A DNA stretch of 64,000 nucleotides from NCBI GenBank assembly GCA_030390025.1, contig CM059434.1, forward strand, positions 45,570,001 through 45,634,000, in the 5' to 3' direction. Shown here piece after piece: positions 25,001 through 37,000 of the stretch (the first letter of the stretch is position 1; every line of letters begins with the position of its first letter). The notes under the pieces are model-generated. The model worked only from the letters and a program-made list of their open reading frames with translations, was not told the DNA's origin and made no database searches. Made by a program: the position numbers and the translations under genes. This DNA comes from Squalus acanthias. Lineage: Eukaryota.

Positions 25001-28000
25001 CGCGGGAGGCCTGCGATCTGAATTTCTGGGCCAATGTTTATGCTATGTGATTCTATTCTTTTTTGTTAACTTGTGTATTTGTGCATATGAAGTGACATTC
25101 ATGTGGTTAATAGTGGTAATGCAGTTCTGCCATCTGTAGACTCTAAATCATAGAAAATTCAGACAGCAAAATAATATTTTCTTGCTCTTATTAACTCGCA
25201 AAAATTCTTTTAGTTTAAATAAGTGATTTCTTTGTTTTGTTTTTCTTTCCCAAAGTGCCACCAAAGATTTCAAACATTGTGGTGCCACCTCACACCAATC
25301 ATAATGAGTCTGTGGCCTTGGCTTGTCCAATCAATGGATTTAAACCAAGACCATTAAGTATCAAATGGCAACAAATCGGAAAGAATAATGATTTGAAAGA
25401 AATCATTCAGCTGGATAAGAACAACAGAACAATCTTTCCTAGTGACAAAGGGAAGAAGTCCAAGTATCACCATTACATCAGTGAGATGGAGTATGTCGAC
25501 AAAACATACAACATCACCAGTGTACTAGTTATTGTGCCAGATATACTGCAAGACCAGGACACGAAGTTCATCTGTGAGGTACAGCATGAGTGCACCGGCA
25601 GTGACCAACAGAGAGAAATAATTCTGAAGATTAGAGGTATGTAATATTTTTGACAATACCTTGTATAGAACAATGGATTACATTTTGTTTCCAGATACTG
25701 TTTCCTTGTTTTTTGTAATGCAACAAAATTGCTAATTTTATTTGGCAAATCCTGTGAAGAGTGACATGTCCTCAGCGCTGTATTTCTTTAATAACTCCTT
25801 GAGGACAGTGATACTTTTACAAGGGAAGTATTCAGAATGCATCCAAGAATATTCAGAACTCAAATATTTAACAGGGAAACATATTAGCTGATTGCCCTGG
25901 AGTCACTGATTTAAATGAGCTTCTTGTGTAACTTTTTATTTTATACTTGGGTCTTATTTCAGAATTTTCAGAACACAATGGATTAAATTTTCTGGTTATT
26001 GGCTGTGGATAGGCAGAGAATCTAGCCCACAATATCTCTAATCTGCTTGTGTAAAGCCTGCGGTAATTTTCTTTTTGTGTGTGTTTTTTCCAGCCACTCC
26101 AAAACTGGACCCGATAAAGTATGAAGCAGAAAAACTAGTTGCAGAAGAGGCTGTGACTTTAAACTGTCGAATACATTCTTTTTACCCCAGTGAAATCACA
26201 GTTACATGGCTCAAAAATGGTGAGAAAATGACAGAAGAATGTGAAGTTAGTGTGGCAACTCTGGGAAAGGATGGACTCTATTACTTGACAAGTAGTGTGA
26301 AGATTGTACCTACCAGAGCTGATGTTGAGAAGAAATACACTTGTCAAGTAGAACATGAGAGCCTAACAGAGCCATTGGAAGCTGACTGGGTACTCGGTAA
26401 ACTGGGTAAGTAAACAAGTTCTGACCAGAGTATAACTATTACTATTTTTTTCTGAACATTTCTTATAAAAACATGTAGGGCCATAACTTGCTGTGGCAGG
26501 GCATCTAACGGCATCTGCTGTTAGTTAGATTTGCCCTTGTATGTTTTAGGTTTTTAAATTTTTAGCTTGGCAAGTTGCTGGAAGTGCGAGCTGATATCAC
26601 AGCGAGGGAAACCAGGGCCTGAATTTTCCCAGTCCCAAGCGTGTGGGTTAGTGGCGGGTCAGCAGTAAAAATCGCCGAAATTTCCAGTGTGTCGGCAACC
26701 CGCCAACTTCTGCATTTAACTCGGGCACGTTTCCCAGCGTGCCACAGACCCGCTCGGCTGAGGCGGGTGACCTCATTGAAGTGCTTAAATGCTTGTTGAG
26801 AGACGCTTAAGAGGCTTTTTAACAGCAGCTTTTAGCTTTAACTTCTTGAGCACAGAATTCACACACCTCGGGAACCTCGCCTGTGAAGGGCAGGCGGAAG
26901 CTCAGTGGCCATTGTGCGAGTTCATGAAGTGACCGCATTGCACTCACCTTTCCTGACCTCATGAGATCCTTGAATCTTTTCCGGCACTGGAGCCACATCC
27001 TCCTGACCACATCCCTGCTACTGACCTCCTCTGCAATCTCCAGCCATGTCCTTTTGTGTCTTTGGTTGGTCGTTTGCGTCGATCGCCAGGGAAGAGGACC
27101 TCCCTGCGTGCTCTTACTGCCTGCACCAGAACTTCCAGAGAGGCATCGTTGAATCTCGGCGCGGCCCTCTGCCTCGTTTCCATGACCCACAGTTTTATCA
27201 CATTATTGAGACCTCTGGAAATCACGTTATGCACTCCTACATCAATCTTCAAATGTGATGTGTGCAAGGCTGCTTTAAATATCCGCGCTGGAAACGAGTG
27301 ATCGATGACGTCATCAGAACCGCTCCATTTAATTGGGCCAGGAAACACGCATGGCTATTTTAATTGGAGCTATCCAGTAAAACGCGCAGTGTAGAACGCG
27401 CTGTTCACATCTTTGGGCTACGCGGCCCGCACGCACACAACCCGACTCCAAGGTAAAGATTCCAGCCCAGGCATTTGGGACCTGAGTGAACAGGGAAAGC
27501 AAATGTGTATCTCCTTAACCAATCAGATTGAATGATAGTGAAATTAACAGTGCAAGGTCTGAGCAGGAAATGTAAATTAGAGTGGGTGAATTCAATGTCA
27601 ATCAGGTACAGAAAGAAAGGGAAAGAAAGTTTGGATTAAGAGAGAAAAAAGAGACAAAATAAAAGATTTTAAAAGAAATTACATTTAAAATTTTACATTT
27701 TTAAAATATCCAACAATTAATACCTGAAGGAATGAGACTCCACACTTGTAATAGTTATTTTTCAGTGCCAGTGAGGTTGATTGGCCGTAATTAACACGTT
27801 ATTAAAAGAGTCTCAGACAGCTTAAAACGCTCCCTTTGTCTGAATCCATGCTTAATTAAATATGCATGGACCTTAAATGGCTCCAAGATGGGGTCCTTGC
27901 GTCACTTCAGATCAGCCCTAACTTTCTGTGCGGGTTTAGTTCGGATCTGCTGCACAAATACAGCAACTCCACGCCATTCAGTGCATTTCAATGGTGAGGC

Positions 28001-31000
28001 AAACGGCGAGATGCCCTTTTTGTGAAGCTAAAGGCAACTCAGACAGCAACTTTTGGATTTTTGAGTTTAACCACGCCTCTACCCCTCACCTGAAGTTGCT
28101 GTACAATTTGAGCATAAATAACAGTGAGCGCCGTTAAACTCATTGTTATTTTGAGAGCAAAGTCTGGGCATAATCGACTAATGTGTTTAATTGTTCTGGT
28201 TTGATTTAAAAATGCATAAATTGTAATAATTTGTTAATTGGGAAATATTAATAATCTGAAACTAATATACAGATTTAAGTTGGTGACTAACAATTCTACT
28301 GGGCAGTTTCAGCATTGGCAAAGGTCTGTTCGTGAAGGCCCATGACCTGGAGTGATCCGATTGGAGACAAGGGGAATAAAGAAACCAAAATAAATTAAAT
28401 TGAAATCTTGCTCTCACCCAAAAATAAAATTACCTTGGTTGTTTTTTTGATATTTTAGCAAACTGAGAAAATCCGAGTTGATCTTTTTGCAGTCTGTGAA
28501 AAATAATCCATTTGGGGTACTTTTTTGGTCTGGAAGAGCAAACAATAAAACAAAAGCCCAGAATAACAGAACAATAATACGAAAGAAAAACCTTGCATTT
28601 ATAGAGTTCATTTCCTATCCTATTTAAGTCCATAAACACTTGATTGCTCATGAATTAGTTTTGAAGTGTAATCTTTGTTGTTTTGTAGGCAATTTGTGCA
28701 GAGCAGTGTCCCACAAACAGCAATGTGATGAGTGACCAGTTAATCTGTTTTTTTGGTGATTTTGTTTTGAGGGCGAAATGTTGGCCAGGACATCAGGAGA
28801 AGTCCTTGCTCTTTGGATAAGTGCAATGAGATCTTTAATGTCCACCTGAAGAGGTAGACAGGGCCCCTTTCAGTACTGCAGTGCTCTTTCAGTATTGTAC
28901 TGACCTGTCGGCGTAAATTATTTCCTCAACTCCTGGAATGCCGCGAGAACCCAGACCACCTTCAGTGGCAAGAGCAGTACTGCTGAACCAAGCTGAATAG
29001 AGTTGGAAAGGATTGTTTGCAGCTCCCTATTAGCTCATTGGGAAAATGCACCACCCGATTCGGGCCTGAGCCATAGAGAACTGTAAGGTTGCAAGTCTGA
29101 TCCCTGAGTTTGCTGATCTCCGCTAGGTGGAGTGGTACAATCTGCCTCGGCCCCCATGGACTAGCGAAGTGAAATGTCACTGTCAAATGACCCCTGTTGC
29201 AAAGTGTGTGTGGATGCTTATTCGGTGAATGCAGGATCAGGCTTGAATAGCCTCCCAGTACTCCGTTCAGTCTCTTGGCCACTTCCAAGAGATACTGGAG
29301 CATTGACTGCAGCCATGGCCTGTACCACAGTGTGAGGGAAGAAAGAGGGACAGAGAAAAAGGATAGTTATTCAAGAAATCAATGTTTAAAATTAATCAAG
29401 GCATACTAGACATTTTTTTTTAAATTGTGGTCTTTTCTCAGTTACACAATCTCTAACACTGTTTCTTTTGTACGAGTAGTGTCGATGCCAAAGGTAACAG
29501 AAATTAAAACCGATCCACTTTACCCAGAGGTGGGAAAACCTGTAACACTGTCCTGCAAAGCAAAGGGCTTCTTTCCAGAAGATCATCAAATATTCTGGTT
29601 CAAAGCGTTTCAGAAAACTGATGATGGAATTGAAACAGAAGAAATTGAATTTGATGAAGAAACTGGTTTGTACTCTCGATTCTCCAAAAGGACATTCATT
29701 CCAACTGATAAGGACCATGGACAAGAGTTCAAAATGCAAATCCTTCACTCTGAAACTTCAAACAAGCCTGTCTCATCCAGTCATTTTTTGAAAATAAAAG
29801 GTAAATATTGTTTCAACAAGAAGTGCAACTTCATAGTACCAATTATGGAATGTTGAAAAGATTGTTTTGTAAATGGACAGATTTAAGTGTTTCAAATTCA
29901 TTAAATTAACATTGTTTTTATTAATAGAGGCTGGTAGTCAGGTAGGACAAACACCACAGGCCTAAACTGATAGCATATTGGTGATTGTTGAGGATAAAAC
30001 ATTATTTTATTAACGCTGCATTGTGGCCATAAGTCCTTCAAACATTCAGTCTTTGTGTTTATGTTGAAGATGATGATAGCTTTGCCATTGGAAGCCCAGG
30101 CTTTAACTACCTCTTTTGGTGATCCACAATACCTTCAGTAACTGTGCCACCCCACTTACATTCCTTGTTTGCCTGTGACTCCAGAGTTCCTCTCAGTGGC
30201 TCCATTGGCCCTAAGTTGGTGGTATCCCAACATAGTTGTGATTATCAAATCAGCAGCATAAATGGTTTGTAAAGTAAAGAGTGTAAAAAATGTCATCACA
30301 ATCTTTGAAACAAAGGCCAGAATTTTTAAGTTTGGACCCGGGGGAGTGGGCAGTAAAGCGCTGGTAAACCTGGAACTTAAGGTTTTAACTCCACAGCGTG
30401 CATTTGGCATCATGGACAGGTTCCCCGCCTGGAAGTCAGCCTGATTGACAGGCTGGATTCCAGTCAGACGAGAAACGCTGGCGAAGAGGCTGCAACCACA
30501 GGTAGGTGCAAGCTCCGACCCCGGGTGAGGGGGGAGTGTCTGATCCCCGTCCCCGGGGGGTGGGGGGAAAGTCCAATCTCCGACCCAGGGGTTGTATGGG
30601 TGGGGGGCGGGGGGGGGGGGAGGTGATGGTGGGGGAGCTGGGGGCCGGGAGGATGCACTCCTGCTCCTCCCGGCCCACAAGAATTGCTCCCCAAGGCTGT
30701 CCTCTCCTCGCTGCAGCTGCCGGGAATCCCAAGGCCCGGGAACCCCAGCCAGCCACAGTTAAACAAGCATAGCAGGTTTAATCTGAGACTGCTAGCCTCA
30801 TTATATAAAGTGCCAACCTGCCTCCTGGGAGCGGGTTGGCTGCCCGCCACCACCCCCCTCCCCCCCCCCCCCCCCGTCCTCCCTCTGTTAAAACTGGAAG
30901 TGGGTGGGTTGGAGGCAGGTAGGGGTCGGGATTCAGGTTTTTAACACTTTAACCTGCCACCCGACCCCAACCCACCTGTGTTTTGGGGTTAATATTCCCC

Positions 31001-34000
31001 TCAAAGCCTAAGTTGCACAATGATAGATTTGATGGCTGCTGTCATCTTAAATATCCATCATTTGGGGAAAAAAAGACAGTTCTTTTTAACCTCCCTTTTT
31101 GATCCTTAACCATGAAGGTTATTCAGTATTGTAATCAACTGTGGTTTCATGCAATTTAAACAGGAATTCCATCTGTTGAAGACATCAAACTTGACCCACC
31201 AGAAGCTGCTATATATGGTACAGATCTTGCTCTCATCTGCAATATCAGTAACTTTTACCCACAAAATATCCGTGCATTTTGGATGCAAAAAGAAAAACCG
31301 ATAGTCAAAGGGATCACAACTAACGGACCTGAGAGGGAGGAAAATGGATGTTATCGGTTGTCTTCCCACTTGCAAGTAACACCAACTGCACTAGATTTTG
31401 ATCAGGATTTTTCCTTCCGTGTGGAGCATGATAATTTAAAGACTCCAATTGTAAAAAAGGCATATTTAACACTTCCAGGTATGTTTCATCCTGATCCTTC
31501 TCCCCTCCCACCACAGTTTGAAAAATTCCACTTTTATATTTAAATGTTTGGGATTATTTTGTGAAGGACGGAGGCAACCCATCGGCCCCTTTCTGGCTGG
31601 GATATCCAGGACCAAATCATCCGCCTGCGGTACCAGTGAGCACAACCCGAATTCCCCTTTCAACATTTGTCCCACACCTTACCTTCCCTCTGTTACTGAT
31701 CATCACAGCATCCCCTTGGCCACAATGCTGAAATAAAAGCCACCACAAAGCAAACTTTCCAATCCAACTTTATCCATATATGCATCCAATATTACATCAA
31801 AAAGAAGGTAGAGTGATGTGGATGTGATGAGTGGCACAGCAGGATGGGGTGTGGCTTTGCAGTAATGTTTCGTGATCCATTGCGATCATTGAAAGGTTTG
31901 TGCCACTGCTTGTGCTCCCCTGTGCAATGTGCAACCAGGCAGTATTGGTCTCCTGGGGAGGTCTCTTCCGCCCATTGGAAGGGAAGAGGACCTCCCCATG
32001 TGCTGTGACTCTCTCCATAAGCATATGGAGGGAGTCATGGGAGAGCCTGGGTGCAGCCGTGCCCCTCTGTGCAGTGCTTGTCAGTGTTTGCAGCACCTCA
32101 ATGCTGTAGAACACTGACAGCACAAATGTCAAAGTGAATTTGCGCATGGTCCCTTTAAGAAACCGGTTGATGACGCCTCATCAAATGATGTCATCAGACC
32201 CGCTTCCTTCAACTGGACCGGGAAACGCACTGGGCAGGCATAACAAGCCCAATCAGGGGAAAGTCATGTCGGAGGCCATGATGGAGCCAACAGTGAGGCC
32301 GCGACCCGCCACTGACCTTGCCCGCCACGGACCCGCTGAGGTAGGGAAAATCGTGGTCTGTGTTTCTATGATTTGTATGAGTGCTGAAGCACTTTTAGCA
32401 TTATTTATCTGAAGAAGGCAGCTCAGCTTTAAGTGCTGCAGACTGCTTTGAAGAGGAGCAGGCTAGCTTTTATGTAAATATGTGAGCTGTATATCTACAG
32501 AAAATATTCCAATAATTCTGATGACAGTAGTTTTGCAGAACAGGTTCATGAGATCTTAATTAATTTTCTCCATAAATAATTTGTGTATATTACAAACTAT
32601 ACAAGCACCCTTTCTTTTCTTTTTATTTTATTCACATTAAAACTTAATCAGTTTGCTTCAATGGCTAAACACTTATGTACTTTTTATTTGTTTTTTCAGC
32701 TTTGTCTCCTGCCTTGTCCGTTATTAAAGCTGATCCCGAACTGCCTGGCGTTAATCAGCTTACAAAACTCAGTATCTCATTGACAAGCTATGCTCCTGCT
32801 GAAGTCCAAGTAAAGTGGTTTAAAAATGGGATACCTTGTTCGGATGTGATTAACAGCCCTCCTGTGATTGCAGACGATGATCTCTTCTCGTCAGTTATAA
32901 GCACACAATTTGTTGCAACTGAAAATGATCATGATAGTTTCATCAGATGTGAGGTGCTTCACATAGCAACAAAGGAAATTCAAGAGAAAGATTTCAAATT
33001 GCTCCTTAAAGGTGAATGTTTTATTGGAGTCGGATTTAAAGCAAACCATTTCATTAAAATTGTTATAACTGCAATATTGATTGCTTTGATTTCAACAAAA
33101 CAGTAATTTGAATGTTTATTTCACATTGAGATTTTATATTGAATAAACAATTTTTTTTATTAATGCTGAGAATAGTTAATTTTGGGTGACTTCAGTTATT
33201 TTCAATACTATTAGATGAGTTAATTAATGCTCTTAACATTGGAAGTGCCTATTTAATTTGACTTATGTCAAATTTAACTCATTTGTTTTTCTGTTCAGAT
33301 TGTGCTGAAAATGAAGATGATGCGCTTTATAGCAACATAACAAAATATGAAGGTAAAGTGTTCATTTTGAGAGGTTCATGTTTGGTTGTAATCCATTGTG
33401 CTGTCAGTGTGGTATTTCAGATTATTTGTAGAATAACCCAGATATTCCTATTTAGGTGGGCAGGTGTGGGGTGCTGTATGCCAGCTGCCAGCCCACTTCT
33501 GTGCTCGCCCAATATTCTGACTTTATTTCTGGCTGTTGGCAGAATCACCCACCCTAAATGGGCTGTTAAAATGAGGCTGTGATGACATCATGGATTCCAT
33601 TCTCCATCATTACTGCCTTATTTACACTCAGTACACAATGGCTGTCTAGGGTTGCTAGATGCTGGGGAAAAGACAAACATGCATTTAAAGAGCCAAATAC
33701 AGATATAATTAAAGCTTTGAAAAATCCTTATTTCTTCAGTGATTTTGGATTTTTTTGCTGTTCCTAATGTTTTACTCTCTGCCATTTGCCGATTGTCGCC
33801 ATCTTCAGGCAAGACACAACGTAGGTTTCTAATTGGGGATTCCCCTCTACCTTTTGCTTCCTAGAAGAGGAGAGTAGGGAATCCAGGTTGGTGAGGCTGC
33901 ACTGGAAACCCATGAAATGTACCCACCAGTACCCCACACCTGACGATAGAGGAAGAGGTGACACTATCTGCATTTGCCCAAGGAAGAGAAGGAGCAGCAG

Positions 34001-37000
34001 CAGAGGCCTGTAGATAAAGTAGAGCATAACCTTTTCCTAGCTGCAGCACATATTTGTGCTATATTGGGACAATAGCGGGGGGGGGGGGAAATTCGGTCCC
34101 TTTGGGACGCTAACTTCCCCGCGCCTGAAATTCACTGATAGCGTCCCAAGAGGGAGGCGGGACGCTACTGGAAGCGCTCCCCCTCCCTCTTGGGGCGCTA
34201 CCAGTGAATATCGCGTGCGACGTGCCGTGGTACTGCAGGCCTTCCTCCCCTTAGGGCGCTAACGGGAGGCGCAAAGCAACCGAATTTTGCCCCCTAGGTG
34301 TTCTCTTGACTACCACATCTGGTCATTGCACAACCAATCTTGTGCACATTTTTTTCCCCCACACCCTTTCCCATGCGCATCAACTCACACAGTTTTCATT
34401 CATGCCATCTGAACAAATCCATTTTCAAATATTGCTGTGGACAATGTATGCACACACAACTTTAATGCAACCATAGTTTTAATGAAACCCTGTATAGTGT
34501 GTGTGCATGCACCTTTTCCTAGGGGCCATCTGAGTGGTAAGCTGGTGTGAGGTGGCTGGATGCTGTGTCAGTATAAACCTCAGGGCCTGCAGTGGCTGTT
34601 TCCACAAGGCAGGAAAGTTCTGAGATGGACCTGCTGTCGGCTGCACCTCTTCTGCTGTGCCTGAGAAATTTGGCCCTGCTTCCTTTCTCTCATGTGCAGG
34701 CATCTGAGGGGCTGGCAGGAGGGCATGCACGTGCTGCTGCCCATAGAGACCATCATCTGAATGCATTCCTGCCATGCTGCCAGCACTGGGCTGTGGCTCT
34801 GCATGGTCACTGGTCTGCAGGAAAGCAGATCTATCGGTAATAGTGAGATTAATAAAGATCCATGAGATATCCCTTCCCAATCTGACGCCTCAGACCTCTA
34901 TGGCAGCAGTCTGAGCAACCATGAAAGAATTTCTGACTGCTCTCATGGCCTCTGTCATGTGGTCCCCTCTTCAAATGTTCCAAAGTAGACTGCAATGCAC
35001 ACAGTGGACTCCTCCAGTTTACCCATCATCTGCTGCACAGTTTCTGACACTGTCTTTGGCGTCTGCACATACGTTTAATACCCTGCAAGCATCCTTTTAA
35101 AAGCAAGACTCCTGAGATCATGATCACTTGGCTTTTGAGCCAAGGGGCAATGTATCCTGATCCTTCAGTCAGTAACTTCTTCCGCCTCACATTCCACGTT
35201 GGCTCCTCCAGCTCACTTGTGATCTGTGCATTACCCAATGCACTCCCCTTACACTCAGTCTGTAATGGATGTCTCTGGCCTGGTGTTTGGGAGGGAGAGA
35301 ATGAGTGTTAGTTTGTACTCTGCAGTGCTGGCAGGGCTGGATGCACTGGAGTCTGGCTCACCATATTCAGAAACACCTAGATAAAGAAAAGAGAAAGACA
35401 GCTTAGAATAGAATCTCAGGAATGGAGCTCGTATCAATTTCAGTGGAAAGAGTAATAGGGCTGTCATGATATGCTTCACTGAGGATTAATGCAAGGTGCA
35501 ATAGGAAGAGTAGAATGTCATGACTGTTGGCAAATACCCTTTTACCTTGCTGTCTCTATCACCCAAAGTACTTCACTCAGAATCTGCATGGCTTCCTCCT
35601 CATTGAAGTGGTAAGTTTCAGGTTTGGGGGGCCGACCAACTTTGCTGTTTTCTCCTGATTATAAGGCTTGTCTGCTTGAAGAAATCATGCAAAAAGTGAG
35701 AATGACCTCTTGCTCTTATGATATGCAGTAAACCCCACGGATCAGAATGCAGACAATAATGGGTATGCTGACAGCTGCAAGGCAGGCAGTATAAAAGGCA
35801 CTGCACTGCTTCAAATGTCAGCTTGGATCAGTGGTAGCACACTCGCCTCAAAGTCTGAAGATTGTGGGTTCAAGATCCATAAGAGCTTGAATACATAATC
35901 CAGGCTGGCACTTTAATGCAGTACCGAGGGAGTGACGCATTGTCAGAGATGCTGTCTTTCAGTTAAGATGCTAACCGAGGTCCCATCAGATGTAAAAGAT
36001 CCCTGGAAATAGTAGATGCATTGCTGATCATCTTCCAACATTCGATGGGATCTGGAACTGTACCCATGGATTGGAGGGTAGCTAATGTTACCCCACTATT
36101 CAAAAAGGGTGGTAGAGAGAAAGCGGGGAATTACAGACCGGTAAGCCTGACATCGGTAGTGGGGAAAATGCTAGAGTCCATTGTAAAGGATGTAATAGCT
36201 GAGCACTTGAAAAACAGTGACAGGATCGGACAAAGTCAACATGGATTTACAAAAGTTAAATCGTGCTTGACTAATCTACTGGAATTTATTGAGGATGTAA
36301 CTGGTAGAATAGATAAGGGAGAACCAGTGGATGTGGTGTATTTGGACTTTCAGAAGGCTTTCGATAAGGTCCCGCATAAGAGATTAGTTTGCAAAGTTAA
36401 AGCACATGGGATTGGGGGTAAGGTACTGACTTGGATAGAGAACTGGTTGGCGGACAGAAAGCAGAGAGTAGGAATTAATGGGTCTTTTTCCAAGTGGCAG
36501 GCAGTGACTAGTGGGGTACCGCAGGGATCGGTGCTAGGACCCCAGCTATTCACAATATATATTAATGATCTAGACGAGGGAACTAGATGTAATCTCTCCA
36601 AGTTTGCAGACGACACAAAGCTGGGTGGGTGTGTGTGCTGTGAGGAGGATGCAGAGAAACTCCAGTATGATTTGGACAGGTTGGGTGATTGGGCAGATGC
36701 ATGGCAGATGCAGTATAATGTGGATAAATGCGAGGTTATCCACTTAGGTTGCAAAAACAGGAAGACAGATTATTATCTGAATGGCAATAGATTGGGAAAA
36801 GGGGAAGTGCAACGAGACCTGGGTGTCCTTGTGCACCAGTTGCTGAAGGTAAGCATGCAGGTGCAGCAGGCGGTTAAGAAGGCAAATGGTATGATGGCCT
36901 TCATAGCGCGAGGATTCGAGTACAGGAGCAAGGATATCTTGCTGCAGTTATACAGGGCCTTGGTGAGACCACACCTTGAGTATTGTGTGCAGTTTTGGTC

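Noticed and set aside
35815-35880. tRNA gene
   Set aside because: A/B boxes are present but there is no intact cloverleaf; it continues into a SINE body
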